Source of the DNA: Paragordius varius
Taxonomy: Eukaryota > Animalia > Nematomorpha
Assembly: GCA_964247055.1 (NCBI GenBank)
Contig: OZ176051.1
Location: 6,510,001-6,574,000, forward strand
DNA length: 64,000 bases
Reading direction: 5' to 3'
A model generated the notes under the pieces. It saw nothing but the letters and a program-made list of their open reading frames with translations. It ran no database searches and had not been told where the DNA came from. Within the stretch, counting starts at the first letter, position 1, and each line of letters begins with the position of its first letter. Made by a program: the position numbers and the translations under genes. Below, piece by piece: positions 63,995-64,000 of the stretch.

Positions 63995-64000
63995 CCTATA

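Noticed and set aside
1-64000. tRNA, rRNA, snRNA, box C/D snoRNA, U12-type introns and telomeric repeats
   Set aside because: A by-eye scan found no cloverleaf, no paired C/D boxes with stems, no RTATCCTT donor at an exon boundary, and only one isolated CCCTAA. tRNAscan-SE and Infernal would be needed to exclude these.

Overview
This is a very AT-rich eukaryotic (animal-type) genomic window with spliced genes, so the ORF track shows only exon fragments. I assembled nine genes by hand from GT-AG boundaries and reading-frame continuity. In order they are: an orphan Thr/Ser-rich mucin/proteoglycan-like gene (+, 5' end not found), PDIA3/ERp57 (-), a stand-alone PTP pseudophosphatase (+), an SLC16/MCT-family transporter (-), HSD17B10/scully with a ~190-aa insertion (+), an orphan secreted Cys-rich precursor (+), PPP1R8/NIPP1 (-), NDUFS6 (+) and NCKAP1/Nap1/Hem-2 (-, 5' part beyond the window end). 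Family names come from recalled motif similarity, not database searches. Four points stand out. (1) Frame-required introns of only 22-28 nt cluster at gene 5' ends, alongside long introns packed with at least five MITE families. (2) Two divergent gene pairs have start codons only 61 and 99 bp apart. (3) Conserved proteins carry large low-complexity Asn/Ser/Thr insertions. (4) Key functional residues are lost in the PTP, MCT and NIPP1 proteins. This combination suggests a highly derived animal, possibly a parasite such as a dicyemid, orthonectid or myxozoan (inference only). I saw no tRNA, rRNA, CRISPR array or intact transposase.
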